42,195 nt of DNA. Origin: Eledone cirrhosa (taxonomy: Eukaryota). The notes under the pieces were generated by a model. The model saw nothing but the letters and a program-made list of their open reading frames with translations, was not told the DNA's origin and made no database searches. The stretch lies in contig CAXHJY010001165.1 of assembly GCA_964016885.1 (NCBI GenBank), positions 1 to 42,195 of the forward strand. Reading direction: 5' to 3'. Position 1 is the first letter of the stretch. Each line of letters opens with the position of its first letter. The position numbers were made by a program, and so were the translations under genes. Shown here piece after piece: positions 1 through 15,278 of the stretch.

Positions 1-3000
1 AGTGTTAGTTTATTTAGCACCAGTGATAGTTTATTTAGTACCAGTGATAGTTTATTTAGCACCAGTGATAGTTTATTTAGTACCAGTGATAGTTTATTTA
101 GCACCAGTGATAGTTTATTTAGTACCAGTGATAGTTTATTTAGTACCAGTGATAGTTTATTTAGCACAAAGTGATAGTTTATTTAGTACCAGTGATAGTT
201 TATTTAGTACCAGTAATAGTTTATTTAGTACCAGTGATAGTTTATTTAGCACAAAGTGATAGTTTATTTAGTACCAGTGATAGTTTATTTAGTACCAGTG
301 ATAGTTTATTTAGTACCGGTGATGGTTTATTTAGCACCAGTGATAGTTTATTTAGTACCAGTGATAGTTTATTTAGTACAAGTGATAGTTTATTTAGTAC
401 CGGTGATAGTTTATTTAGTACCAGTGATAGTTTATTTAGTAACAGTGATAGTTTATTTAGTACCGGTGATAGTTTATTTAGTACCAGTGATAGTTTATTT
501 AGTACCAGTGATAGTTTATTTAGTACCAGTGATAGTTTATTTAGTACCAGTGATATTTTATTTAGCACCAGTGATAGTTTATTTAGCACCAGTGATGGGT
601 TATGTAGCACCAGTTATCGTTTATTTAGTACCAGTAATAGTTTATTTAGCACCAGTAATAGTTTTTTTAGCACCAGCAATAGTTTATTTAGTACCAGTAA
701 TAGTTTATTTAGCACCAGTAATAGTTTATTTAGCACCAGTAATAGTTTATTTAGTACAAGTGATAGTTTATTTACTACCGGTGATAGTTTATTTAGTACC
801 AGTGATAGTTTATTTAGCACCAGTGATAGTTTATTTAGTACCAGTGATAGTTTATTTAGTACCAGTGATAGTTTATTTAGCACAAAGTGATAGTTTATTT
901 AGTACCAGTGATAGTTTATTTAGTACCAGTAATAGTTTATTTAGTACCAGTGATAGTTTATTTAGCACAAAGTGATAGTTTATTTAGTACCAGTGATAGT
1001 TTATTTAGTACCAGTGATAGTTTATTTAGTACCGGTGATGGTTTATTTAGCACCAGTGATAGTTTATTTAGTACCAGTGATAGTTTATTTAGTACAAGTG
1101 ATAGTTTATTTAGTACCGGTGATAGTTTATTTAGTACCAGTGATAGTTTATTTAGCACCAGTGATAGTTTATTTAGCACCAGTGATAGTTTATTTAGTAC
1201 CAGTGATAGTTTATTTACTACCAGTGATAGTTTATTTAGCACAAAGTGATAGTTTATTTAGTACCAGTGATAGTTTATTTAGTACCAGTAATAGTTTATT
1301 TAGTACCAGTGATAGTTTATTTAGCACAAAGTGATAGTTTATTTAGTACCAGTGATAGTTTATTTAGTACCAGTGATAGTTTATTTAGCACAAAGTGATA
1401 GTTTATTTAGTACCAGTGATAGTTTATTTAGTACCAGTAATAGTTTATTTAGTACCAGTGATAGTTTATTTAGCACAAAGTGATAGTTTATTTAGTACCA
1501 GTGATAGTTTATTTAGTACCAGTGATAGTTTATTTAGTACCGATGATGGTTTATTTAGCACCAGTGATAGTTTATTTAGTACCAGTGATAGTTTATTTAG
1601 TACAAGTGATAGTTTATTTAGTACCGGTGATAGTTGATTTAGTACCAGTGATAGTTTATTTAGTACCAGTGATAGTTTATTTAGTACCGGTGATAGTTTA
1701 TTTAGTACCAGTGATAGTTTATTTAGTACCAGTGATAGTTTATTTAGTACCAGTGATAGTTTATTTAGTACCAGTGATATTTTATTTAGCACCAGTGATA
1801 GTTTAATTAGCACCAGTGATGGGTTATTTAGCACCAGTTATCGTTTATTTAGTACCAGTAATAGTTTATTTAGCACCAGTAATAGTTTATTTAGCACCAG
1901 TGATAGTTTATTTAGCACCAGTAATAGTTTATTTAGAACCAGTGATAGTTTATTTAGCACAAAGTGATAGTTTATTTAGTACCAGTGATAGTTTATTTAG
2001 TACCAGTGATAGTTTATTTAATACCGGTGATAGTTTATTTAGCACCAGTGATAGTTTATTTAGTACCAGTGATAGTTTATTTAGCTCTAGAGATGGTTTA
2101 TTGTGCACCAGTGATAGTTTATTCAGCACCAGTAATAGTTTATTTAACACCAGTAATAGTTTATTTAGTACCAGTGATAGTTTATTTAGCAGAAAGTGAT
2201 AGTTTATTTAGTACCAGTGATAGTTTATTTAGCACAAAATGATAGTTTATTTAGTACCAGTGATCGTTTATTTAGTACCAGTAATAGTTTATTTAGTACC
2301 AGTAATAGTTTATTTAGTACCAGTAATAGTTTATTTAGCACCAGTAATAGTTTATTTAGTACCAGTGATAGTTTATTTAGCACAAAGTGATAGTTTATTT
2401 AGTACCAGTGATAGTTTATTTAGTACCAGTGATAGTTTATTTAATACCGGTGATAGTTTATTTAGCACCAGTGATAGTTTATTCAGCACCAGTAATAGTT
2501 TATTTAGCACCAGTAATAGTTTATTTAGCACCAGTGATGGTTTATTTAGCACCAGTGATCCTTTATTTAGTACCAGTAATAGATTATTTAGCACCAGTAA
2601 TAGTTTATTTAGCACAAGTGATGGTTTATTTAGCACCAGTGATCGTTTATTTAGTACCAGTAATAGTTTATTTAGCACCAGTAATAGTTTATTTAGTACC
2701 AGTGATCGTTTATTTAGTACCAGTGATAGTTTATTTAGCACCAGTGATAGTTTATTTAGTACCAGTGATGGTTACTTTAGTACCAGTGATAGTTTATTTA
2801 GCACCAGTGATAGTTTATTTAGTACCAGTGATGGTTTATTTATCACCAGTGATGGTCTATTTAGTACCAGTGATAGTTTATTTAGCACCAGTGATAGTTT
2901 ATTTAGCACTAGCGATGTTCTATTTAGCACCAGTGATAGTTTATTTAGTACCAATGATAGTTTATTTAGCACCAGTGATAGTTTAATTAGCACTAGAGAT

Positions 3001-6000
3001 GGTTTATCTAGCACCAGTGATAGTTTATTTAGTACCAGTGATAATTTATTTAGCAGCAATGATAGTTTATATAGTACCAGTGATACTTTATTTAGCACCA
3101 GTTATAGTTTATTTAGCACTAGAGATGGTTTATTTAGCACCAGTGATAGTTAATTTAGCACCAGTGATAGTTTATTTAGTACTAGTGATAGTTTATTTAG
3201 CCCTAGAGATGGTTTATTTAGCACCAGTGATAGTTTATTTAGCACTAGAGATGGTTTACTTAGAACCAGTGATAGTTAATTTAGCACCAGTGATAGTTTA
3301 TTTAGTACTACTGATAGTTTATTTAGCACCAGTGATAGTTTATTTAGCACCTGTGGTAGTTTATTTAGCACCAGTGATAGTTTATTTAGCACCAGTGATA
3401 GTATATATAGTACCAGAGATAGTTTATTTAGCACCAGTGATAGTTTATTTAGCACTAGAGATGGTTTATTTAGCACCAGTGATAGTTAATTTAGCACCAG
3501 TGATAGTTATTTAGTACTAGTGATAGTTTATTTAGCACCAGTGATAGTTTATTTAGCACCAGTGATAGTTTCTGTAGCACTAGAGATGGTTTATTTAGCA
3601 CCAGTGATAGTTTTTCTAGTACCAGTGATAGTTTATTTAGCACCAGTGATAGTTTATTTAGTACCAGTGATAGTTTATTTAGTACCAGTGATAGTTTATT
3701 TAGTACCAGTGATAGTTTATTTAGTACCAGTGATAGCTTATTTAGTACCGGTGATAGTTTATTTAGCACTAGAGATGATTTATTTAGCACCAGTGATAGT
3801 TTACTTAGCACTAGAGATGGTTTATCTAGCACCAGTGATAGTTTATTAAGCACCAGTGATAGTTTATTTAGCACCAGTGATAGTTTATTTAGTACCAGTG
3901 ATAGTTTATTTAGCTCCAGTGATGGTTTATTTAGCACCAGTGATAGTTTATTTAGCACCAGTGATAGTTTATTTAGTACCAGTGATAGTTTATTTAGTAC
4001 TAGTGATAGTTTATTTAGCACCAGTTATATTTTATTTAGTACCAGTGATAGTTTATTTAGCACCAGTGATAGTTTATTTAGTACCAGTGATAGTTTATTT
4101 AATACCAGTGATAATTTATTTAGTACCAGAGATACTTTATTTAGTACACTGATAGTTTATTTAGTACCAGTGATAGTTTATTTAGTACCAGTGATACTTT
4201 ATTTAGCATCAGTGATATTGTATTTAGCACTAGTGATAGTTTATTTAGTACCAGTGATAGTTTATTTAGCACTAGAGATGGTTTATTTAGCACCAGTGAT
4301 AGTTTATTTGGTAACAGTGATAGTTTATTTAGTCCCAGTGATACTTTATTTAGCACCAGTGATAGTTTATTTAGCACTAGAGATGGTTTATGTAGCACCA
4401 GTGATAGTATATTTAGTACCAGTGATAATTTCTTCAGCACCAGTGATAGCTTACTTAGCACTAGAGAAGGTTTATTTGACACCAGTGATAGGTTATTTAG
4501 TACCAGTGATAGTTTATTTAGCACCGGTGATAGTTATGTAGCACCAGTAATAGTTTATTTAGTACCAGTGATGGTTTATTTATCACCAGTGATGGTTTAT
4601 TTAGTACCAGTGATAGTTTATTTAGTACCACTGATGGTTTATTTAGTACCAGTGATAGTTTATTTAGTACCAGTGATAGTTTATTCAGCACCAGTGATAG
4701 TTTACTTAGTACCAGTGATGGTTTATTTATCACCAGTGATGGTTTATTTAGTACCAGTGATAGTTTATTTAGCACCAGTTATAGTTTATTTAGCACCAGT
4801 GATAGTTTATTTAGCACCAGTAATATTTTATTTAGTACCAGTGATAGTTTATTTTGTACCAGTGATAGTTTATTTAGCACCAGTGATAGTTTATTTAGCA
4901 CCAGTGATAGTTTATCTAGTACCAGTGATAGTTTATTTAATACCAGTGATAATTTATTTAGTACCAGTGATACTTTATTTAGTACAGTGATAGTTTATTT
5001 AGTACCAGTGATAGTTTATTTAGTACCAGTGATATTTTATTTAGCATCAGTGTTATTTTATTTAGCACCAGTGATAGTTTATTTAATACCGGTGATAGTT
5101 TATTTAGCACCAGTGATAGTTTATTCAGCACCAGTAATAGTTTATTTAGCACCAGTGATAGTTTATTTAGCACCAGTGGTAGTTTATTTAGCACCAGTGA
5201 TAGTTAATTTAGCACCAGTGATAGTTTATTTAGTACTACTGATAGTTTATTTAGCACCAGTGATAGTTTATTTAGCACCAGTGATAGTTTATTTAGCACC
5301 AGTGATAGTTTATGTTGCACCAGCGGTAGTTTATTTAGTACCAGTGATAGTTTATGTAGCACAAGAGATGGTTAATTTAGCACCAGTGATAGTTTATTTA
5401 GTACTAGAGATGGTTTATTTAGCACCAGTGATAGTTTATTTAGTACTAGTGATAGTTTATTTAGCACCAGTGATAGTATATATAGTACCAGAGATAGTTT
5501 ATTTAGCACCAGTGATAGTTTATTTAGCACTAGAGATGGTTTATTTAGCACCAGTGATAGTTTATTTAGTACTAGTGATAGTTTATTTAGCACCAGTGAT
5601 AGTTTATTTAGCACCAGTGATAGTTTCTGTAGCACTAGAGATGGTTTATTTAGCACCAGTGATAGTTTATCTAGTACCAGTGATAGTTTCTTTAGCACCA
5701 GTGATAGTTTATTTAGCACCAGTGATAGTTTATTTAGTACCAGTGATAGTTTATTTAGTACCAGTGATAGTTTATTTAGTACCAGTGATAGTTTATTTAG
5801 TACCAGTGATAGTTTATTTAGTACCGGTGATAGTTTATTTAGCACTAGAGATGATTTATTTAGCACCAGTGATAGTTTACTTAGCACTAGAGATGGTTTA
5901 TCTAGCACCAGTGATAGTTTATTAAGCACCAGTGATAGTCTATTTAGCACCAGTGATAGTTTATTTTGTACCAGTGATAGTTTATTTAGCACCAGTGATA

Positions 6001-6791
6001 GTTTATTTAGCACCAGTGATAGTTTATTTAGTACCAGTGATAGTTTATTTAGTACCAGTGATAGTTTATTTAGTACCAGTGATAGTTTATTTGGTACCAG
6101 TGATAGTTTATTTAGTACCGGTGATAGTTTATTTAGCACTAGAGATGGTTTATTTAGCACCAGTGATAGTTTATTCAGCACCAGTGATAGTTTATTAAAC
6201 ACCAGTGATGGTTTATTTAGCACCAGTGATAGTTTTTTTAGCACTAGAGATGGTTTATTTAGCACCAGTGATAGTTAATTTAGCACCAGTGATAGTTTAT
6301 TTAGTACTAGTGATAGTTTATTTAGCACCAGTGATAGTTTATTTAGCACCAGTGATAGTTTCTGTAGCACTAGAGATGGTTTATTTAGCAGCAGTGATAG
6401 TTTATCTAGTACCAGTGATAGTTTATTTAGCACCAGTGATAGTTTATTTAGCACCAGTGATAGTTTATTTAGTACCAGTGATATTTTATTTAGTACCAGT
6501 GATAGTTTATTTAGTACCAGTGATAGTTTATTTAGTACCAGTGATAGTTTATTTAGTACCGGTGATAGTTTATTTAGCACTAGAGATGATTTATTTAGCA
6601 CCAGTGATAGTTTACTTAGCACTAGAGATGGTTTATCTAGCACCACTGATAGTTTATTAAGCACCAGTGATAGTTTATTTAGCACCAGTGATAGTTTATT
6701 TAGTACCAGTGATAGTTTATTTAGCTCCAGTGATGGTTTATTTAGCACCAGTGATAGTTTATTTAGCACCAGTGATAGTCTATTTAGTACC

Positions 6792-9700
6792 AGTGATAGT
6801 TTATTTAGTACTAGTGATAGTTTATTTAGCACCAGTTATATTTTATTTAGTACCAGTGATAGTTTATTTAGCACCAGTGATAGTTTATTTAGTACCAGTG
6901 ATAGTTTATTTAATACCAGTGATAATTTATTTAGTACCAGAGATACTTTATTTAGTACAGTGATAGTTTATTTAGTACCAGTGATAGTTTATTTAGTACC
7001 AGTGATACTTTATTTAGCATCAGTGATATTGTATTTAGCACTAGTGATAGTTTATTTAGTACCAGTGATAGTTTATTTAGCACTAGAGATGGTTTATTTA
7101 GTACCAGTGATAGTTTATTTGGTAACAGTGATAGTTTATTTAGTCCCAGTGATACTTTATTTAGCACCAGTGATAGTTTATTTAGCACTAGAGATGGTTT
7201 ATTTAGCACCAGTGATAGTATATTTAGTACCAGTGATAATTTCTTCAGCACCAGTGATAGTTTACTTAGCACTAGAGAAGGTTTATTTGACACCAGTGAT
7301 AGGTTATTTAGTACCAGTGATAGTTTATTTAGCACCAGTGATAGTTATTTAGCACCAGTAATAGTTTATTTAGTACCAGTGATGGTTTATTTATCACCAT
7401 TGATGGTTTATTTAGTACCAGTGATAGTTTATTTAGTACCACTGATGGTTTATTTAGTACCAGTGATAGTTTATTTAGTACCAGTGATAGTTTATTCAGC
7501 ACCAGTGATAGTTTACTTAGTACCAGTGATGGTTTATTTATCACCAGTGATGGTTTATTTAGTACCAGTGATAGTTTATTTAGTACCAGTGTTAGTTTAT
7601 TTAGCACCAGTGATAGTTTATTTAGTACCAGTGATAGTTTATTTAGCACCAGTGATAGTTTATTTAGTACCAGTGATAGTTTATTTAGCACCAGTGATAG
7701 TTTATTTAGTACCAGTGATAGTTTATTTAGTACCAGTGATAGTTTATTTAGCACAAAGTGATAGTTTATTTAGTACCAGTGATAGTTTATTTAGTACCAG
7801 TAATAGTTTATTTAGTACCAGTGATAGTTTATTTAGCACAAAGTGATAGTTTATTTAGTACCAGTGATAGTTTATTTAGTACCAGTGATAGTTTATTTAG
7901 TACCGGTGATGGTTTATTTAGCACCAGTGATAATTTATTTAGTACCAGTGATAGTTTATTTAGTACAAGTGATAGTTTATTTAGTACCGGTGATAGTTTA
8001 TTTAGTACCAGTGATAGTTTATTTAGTAACAGTGATAGTTTATTTAGTACCGGTGATAGTTTATTTAGTACCAGTGATAGTTTATTTAGTACCAGTGATA
8101 GTTTATTTAGTACCAGTGATAGTTTATTTAGTACCAGTGATATTTTATTTAGCACCAGTGATAGTTTATTTAGCACCAGTGATGGGTTATGTAGCACCAG
8201 TTATCGTTTATTTAGTACCAGTAATAGTTTATTTAGCACCAGTAATAGTTTTTTTAGCACCAGTAATAGTTTATTTAGTACCAGTAATAGTTTATTTAGC
8301 ACCAGTAATAGTTTATTTAGCACCAGTAATAGTTTATTTAGTACAAGTGATAGTTTATTTACTACCGGTGATAGTTTATTTAGTACCAGTGATAGTTTAT
8401 TTAGCACCAGTGATAGTTTATTTAGTACCAGTGATAGTTTATTTAGTACCAGTGATAGTTTATTTAGCACAAAGTGATAGTTTATTTAGTACTAGTGATA
8501 GTTTATTTAGCACCAGTTATATTTTATTTAGTACCAGTGATAGTTTATTTAGCACCAGTGATAGTTTATTTAGTACCAGTGATAGTTTATTTAATACCAG
8601 TGATAATTTATTTAGTACCAGAGATACTTTATTTAGTACAGTGATAGTTTATTTAGTACCAGTGATAGTTTATTTAGTACCAGTGATACTTTATTTAGCA
8701 TCAGTGATATTGTATTTAGCACTAGTGATAGTTTATTTAGTACCAGTGATAGTTTATTTAGCACTAGAGATGGTTTATTTAGTACCAGTGATAGTTTATT
8801 TGGTAACAGTGATAGTTTATTTAGTCCCAGTGATACTTTATTTAGCACCAGTGATAGTTTATTTAGCACTAGAGATGGTTTATTTAGCACCAGTGATAGT
8901 ATATTTAGTACCAGTGATAATTTCTTCAGCACCAGTGATAGTTTACTTAGCACTAGAGAAGGTTTATTTGACACCAGTGATAGGTTATTTAGTACCAGTG
9001 ATAGTTTATTTAGCACCAGTGATAGTTATTTAGCACCAGTAATAGTTTATTTAGTACCAGTGATGGTTTATTTATCACCATTGATGGTTTATTTAGTACC
9101 AGTGATAGTTTATTTAGTACCACTGATGGTTTATTTAGTACCAGTGATAGTTTATTTAGTACCAGTGATAGTTTATTCAGCACCAGTGATAGTTTACTTA
9201 GTACCAGTGATGGTTTATTTATCACCAGTGATGGTTTATTTAGTACCAGTGATAGTTTATTTAGTACCAGTGTTAGTTTATTTAGCACCAGTGATAGTTT
9301 ATTTAGTACCAGTGATAGTTTATTTAGCACCAGTGATAGTTTATTTAGTACCAGTGATAGTTTATTTAGCACCAGTGATAGTTTATTTAGTACCAGTGAT
9401 AGTTTATTTAGTACCAGTGATAGTTTATTTAGCACAAAGTGATAGTTTATTTAGTACCAGTGATAGTTTATTTAGTACCAGTAATAGTTTATTTAGTACC
9501 AGTGATAGTTTATTTAGCACAAAGTGATAGTTTATTTAGTACCAGTGATAGTTTATTTAGTACCAGTGATAGTTTATTTAGTACCGGTGATGGTTTATTT
9601 AGCACCAGTGATAATTTATTTAGTACCAGTGATAGTTTATTTAGTACAAGTGATAGTTTATTTAGTACCGGTGATAGTTTATTTAGTACCAGTGATAGTT

Positions 9701-10153
9701 TATTTAGTAACAGTGATAGTTTATTTAGTACCGGTGATAGTTTATTTAGTACCAGTGATAGTTTATTTAGTACCAGTGATAGTTTATTTAGTACCAGTGA
9801 TAGTTTATTTAGTACCAGTGATATTTTATTTAGCACCAGTGATAGTTTATTTAGCACCAGTGATGGGTTATGTAGCACCAGTTATCGTTTATTTAGTACC
9901 AGTAATAGTTTATTTAGCACCAGTAATAGTTTTTTTAGCACCAGTAATAGTTTATTTAGTACCAGTAATAGTTTATTTAGCACCAGTAATAGTTTATTTA
10001 GCACCAGTAATAGTTTATTTAGTACAAGTGATAGTTTATTTACTACCGGTGATAGTTTATTTAGTACCAGTGATAGTTTATTTAGCACCAGTGATAGTTT
10101 ATTTAGTACCAGTGATAGTTTATTTAGTACCAGTGATAGTTTATTTAGCACAA
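6792..10153 (+). repeat. Tandem duplication of a 1,681-bp (80-monomer) block: ~6792-8472 and ~8473-10153
   Basis: Identical ORFs recur at a constant +1681 offset (6952/8633, 7329/9010, 7379/9060, 7758/9439, 8201/9882). Private variant TCACCATTGATGG is shared (~7394 and ~9075). Confidence 0.9.
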
Positions 10154-11166
10154 AGTGATAGTTTATTTAGTACCAGTGATAGTTTATTTAGTACCAGTAA
10201 TAGTTTATTTAGTACCAGTGATAGTTTATTTAGCACAAAGTGATAGTTTATTTAGTACCAGTGATAGTTTATTTAGTACCAGTGATAGTTTATTTAGTAC
10301 CGGTGATGGTTTATTTAGCACCAGTGATAGTTTATTTAGTACCAGTGATAGTTTATTTAGTACAAGTGATAGTTTATTTAGTACCGGTGATAGTTTATTT
10401 AGTACCAGTGATAGTTTATTTAGCACCAGTGATAGTTTATTTAGCACCAGTGATAGTTTATTTAGTACCAGTGATAGTTTATTTACTACCAGTGATAGTT
10501 TATTTAGCACAAAGTGATAGTTTATTTAGTACCAGTGATAGTTTATTTAGTACCAGTAATAGTTTATTTAGTACCAGTGATAGTTTATTTAGCACAAAGT
10601 GATAGTTTATTTAGTACCAGTGATAGTTTATTTAGTACCAGTGATAGTTTATTTAGTACCGGTGATGGTTTATTTAGCACCAGTGATAGTTTATTTAGTA
10701 CAGGTGATAGTTTATTTAGTACAAGTGATAGTTTATTTAGTACCGGTGATAGTTTATTTAGTACCAGTGATAGTTTATTTAGTACCAGTGATAGTTTATT
10801 TAGTACCGGTGATAGTTTATTTAGTACCAGTGATAGTTTATTTAGTACCAGTGATAGTTTATTTAGTACCAGTGATAGTTTATTTAGTACCAGTGATATT
10901 TTATTTAGCACCAGTGATAGTTTATTTAGCACCAGTGATGGGTTATTTAGCACCAGTTATCGTTTATTTAGTACCAGTAATAGTTTATTTAGCACCAGTA
11001 ATAGTTTATTTAGTACCAGTAATAGTTTATTTAGCACCAGTGATAGTTTATTTAGCACTAGAGATGGTTTATTTTGCACCAGTGATAGTTTATTCAGCAC
11101 CAGTAATAGTTTATTTAGCACCAGTAATAGTTTATTTAGTACCAGTGATAGTGTATTTAGCACAAA

Positions 11167-14100
11167 GTGATAGTTTATTTAGTACCAGTGATAGTTTATT
11201 TAGCACAAAGTGATAGTTTATTTAGTACCAGTGATCGTTTATTTAGTACCAGTAATAGTTTATTTAGTACCAGTAATAGTTTATTTAGTACCAGTAATAG
11301 TTTATTTAGCACCAGTAATAGTTTATTTAGTACCAGTGATAGTTTATTTAGCACAAAGTGATAGTTTATTTAGTACCAGTGATAGTTTATTTAGTACCAG
11401 TGATAGTTTATTTAATACCGGTGATAGTTTATTTAGCGCCAGTGATAGTTTATTCAGCACCAGTGATAGTTTATTTAGCACCAGTAATAGTTTATTTAGC
11501 ACCAGTGATGGTTTATTTAGCACAAGTGATCCTTTATTTAGTACCAGTAATAGTTTATTTAGCACTAGTAATAGTTTATTTAGCACAAGTGATGGTTTAT
11601 GTAGCACCAGTGATAGTTTATTTAGTACCAGTGATAGTTTATTTAGTACCAGTGATAGTTTATTTAGCACAAAGTGATAGTTTATTTAGTACCAGTGATA
11701 GTTTATTTAGTACCAGTAATAGTTTATTTAGTACCAGTGATAGTTTATTTAGCACAAAGTGATAGTTTATTTAGTACCAGTGATAGTTTATTTAGTACCA
11801 GTGATAGTTTATTTAGTACCGGTGATGGTTTATTTAGCACCAGTGATAGTTTATTTAGTACCAGTGATAGTTTATTTAGTACAAGTGATAGTTTATTTAG
11901 TACCGGTGATAGTTGATTTAGTACCAGTGATAGTTTATTTAGTACCAGTGATAGTTTATTTAGTACCGGTGATAGTTTATTTAGTACCAGTGATATTTTA
12001 TTTAGTACCAGTGATAGTTTATTTAGTACCAGTGATAGTTTATTTAGTACCAGTGATATTTTATTTAGCACCAGTGATAGTTTAATTAGCACCAGTGATG
12101 GGTTATTTAGCACCAGTTATCGTTTATTTAGTACCAGTAATAGTTTATTTAGCACCAGTAATAGTTTATTTAACACCAGTGATAGTTTATTTAGCACCAG
12201 TAATAGTTTATCTAGAACCAGTAATAGTTTATTTAGTACCAGTAATAGTTTATTTAGCACCAGTAATAGTTTATTTAGTACCAGTAATAGTTTATTTAGC
12301 ACCAGTGATAGTTTATTTAGCACTAGAGATGGTTTATTTTGCACCAGTGATAGTTTATTCAGCACCAGTAATAGTTTATTTAGCACCAGTAATAGTTTAT
12401 TTAGTACCAGTGATAGTGTATTTAGCACAAAGTGATAGTTTATTTAGTACCAGTGATAGTTTATTTAGCACAAAGTGATAGTTTATTTAGTACCAGTGAT
12501 CGTTTATTTAGTACCAGTAATAGTTTATTTAGTACCAGTAATAGTTTATTTAGTACCAGTAATAGTTTATTTAGCACCAGTAATAGTTTATTTAGTACCA
12601 GTGATAGTTTATTTAGCACAAAGTGATAGTTTATTTAGTACCAGTGATAGTTTATTTAGTACCAGTGATAGTTTATTTAATACCGGTGATAGTTTATTTA
12701 GCGCCAGTGATAGTTTATTCAGCACCAGTGATAGTTTATTTAGCACCAGTAATAGTTTATTTAGCACCAGTGATGGTTTATTTAGCACAAGTGATCCTTT
12801 ATTTAGTACCAGTAATAGTTTATTTAGCACTAGTAATAGTTTATTTAGCACAAGTGATGGTTTATGTAGCACCAGTGATAGTTTATTTAGTACCAGTGAT
12901 AGTTTATTTAGTACCAGTGATAGTTTATTTAGCACAAAGTGATAGTTTATTTAGTACCAGTGATAGTTTATTTAGTACCAGTAATAGTTTATTTAGTACC
13001 AGTGATAGTTTATTTAGCACAAAGTGATAGTTTATTTAGTACCAGTGATAGTTTATTTAGTACCAGTGATAGTTTATTTAGTACCGGTGATGGTTTATTT
13101 AGCACCAGTGATAGTTTATTTAGTACCAGTGATAGTTTATTTAGTACAAGTGATAGTTTATTTAGTACCGGTGATAGTTGATTTAGTACCAGTGATAGTT
13201 TATTTAGTACCAGTGATAGTTTATTTAGTACCGGTGATAGTTTATTTAGTACCAGTGATAGTTTATTTAGTACCAGTGATAGTTTATTTAGTACCAGTGA
13301 TAGTTTATTTAGTACCAGTGATATTTTATTTAGCACCAGTGATAGTTTAATTAGCACCAGTGATGGGTTATTTAGCACCAGTTATCGTTTATTTAGTACC
13401 AGTAATAGTTTATTTAGCACCAGTAATAGTTTATTTAGCACCAGTGATAGTTTATTTAGCACCAGTAATAGTTTATCTAGAACCAGTGATAGTTTATTTA
13501 GCACAAAGTGATAGTTTATTTAGTACCAGTGATAGTTTATTTAGTACCAGTGATAGTTTATTTAATACCGGTGATAGTTTATTTAGCACCAGTGATAGTT
13601 TATTTAGTACCAGTGATAGTTTATTTAGCTCTAGAGATGGTTTATTGTGCACCAGTGATAGTTTATTCAGCACCAGTAATAGTTTATTTAGCACCAGTAA
13701 TAGTTTATTTAGCACCAGTGATAGTTTATTTAGCACCAGTAATAGTTTATCTAGAACCAGTAATAGTTTATTTAGTACCAGTAATAGTTTATTTAGCACC
13801 AGTAATAGTTTATTTAGTACCAGTAATAGTTTATTTAGCACCAGTGATAGTTTATTTAGCACTAGAGATGGTTTATTTTGCACCAGTGATAGTTTATTCA
13901 GCACCAGTAATAGTTTATTTAGCACCAGTAATAGTTTATTTAGTACCAGTGATAGTGTATTTAGCACAAAGTGATAGTTTATTTAGTACCAGTGATAGTT
14001 TATTTAGCACAAAGTGATAGTTTATTTAGTACCAGTGATCGTTTATTTAGTACCAGTAATAGTTTATTTAGTACCAGTAATAGTTTATTTAGTACCAGTA

Positions 14101-15278
14101 ATAGTTTATTTAGCACCAGTAATAGTTTATTTAGTACCAGTGATAGTTTATTTAGCACAAAGTGATAGTTTATTTAGTACCAGTGATAGTTTATTTAGTA
14201 CCAGTGATAGTTTATTTAATACCGGTGATAGTTTATTTAGCGCCAGTGATAGTTTATTCAGCACCAGTGATAGTTTATTTAGCACCAGTAATAGTTTATT
14301 TAGCACCAGTGATGGTTTATTTAGCACAAGTGATCCTTTATTTAGTACCAGTAATAGTTTATTTAGCACTAGTAATAGTTTATTTAGCACAAGTGATGGT
14401 TTATGTAGCACCAGTGATAGTTTATTTAGTACCAGTGATAGTTTATTTAGTACCAGTGATAGTTTATTTAGCACAAAGTGATAGTTTATTTAGTACCAGT
14501 GATAGTTTATTTAGTACCAGTAATAGTTTATTTAGTACCAGTGATAGTTTATTTAGCACAAAGTGATAGTTTATTTAGTACCAGTGATAGTTTATTTAGT
14601 ACCAGTGATAGTTTATTTAGTACCGGTGATGGTTTATTTAGCACCAGTGATAGTTTATTTAGTACCAGTGATAGTTTATTTAGTACAAGTGATAGTTTAT
14701 TTAGTACCGGTGATAGTTGATTTAGTACCAGTGATAGTTTATTTAGTACCAGTGATAGTTTATTTAGTACCGGTGATAGTTTATTTAGTACCAGTGATAG
14801 TTTATTTAGTACCAGTGATAGTTTATTTAGTACCAGTGATAGTTTATTTAGTACCAGTGATATTTTATTTAGCACCAGTGATAGTTTAATTAGCACCAGT
14901 GATGGGTTATTTAGCACCAGTTATCGTTTATTTAGTACCAGTAATAGTTTAATTAGCACCAGTAATAGTTTATTTAGCACCAGTGATAGTTTATTTAGCA
15001 CCAGTAATAGTTTATCTAGAACCAGTGATAGTTTATTTAGCACAAAGTGATAGTTTATTTAGTACCAGTGATAGTTTATTTAGTACCAGTGATAGTTTAT
15101 TTAATACCGGTGATAGTTTATTTAGCACCAGTGATAGTTTATTTAGTACCAGTGATAGTTTATTTAGCTCTAGAGATGGTTTATTGTGCACCAGTGATAG
15201 TTTATTCAGCACCAGTAATAGTTTATTTAGCACCAGTAATAGTTTATTTAGTACCAGTGATAGTTTATTTAGCACAAA
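11167..15278 (+). repeat. Three tandem higher-order units of 1,265, 1,539 and 1,308 bp
   Basis: The same 64-aa marker ORF recurs at 11167, 12432, 13971 and 15279. Shared rare variants include AGCGCC, GATCCTTT, AGTTGATTT and GTGTATTT. Confidence 0.85.
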
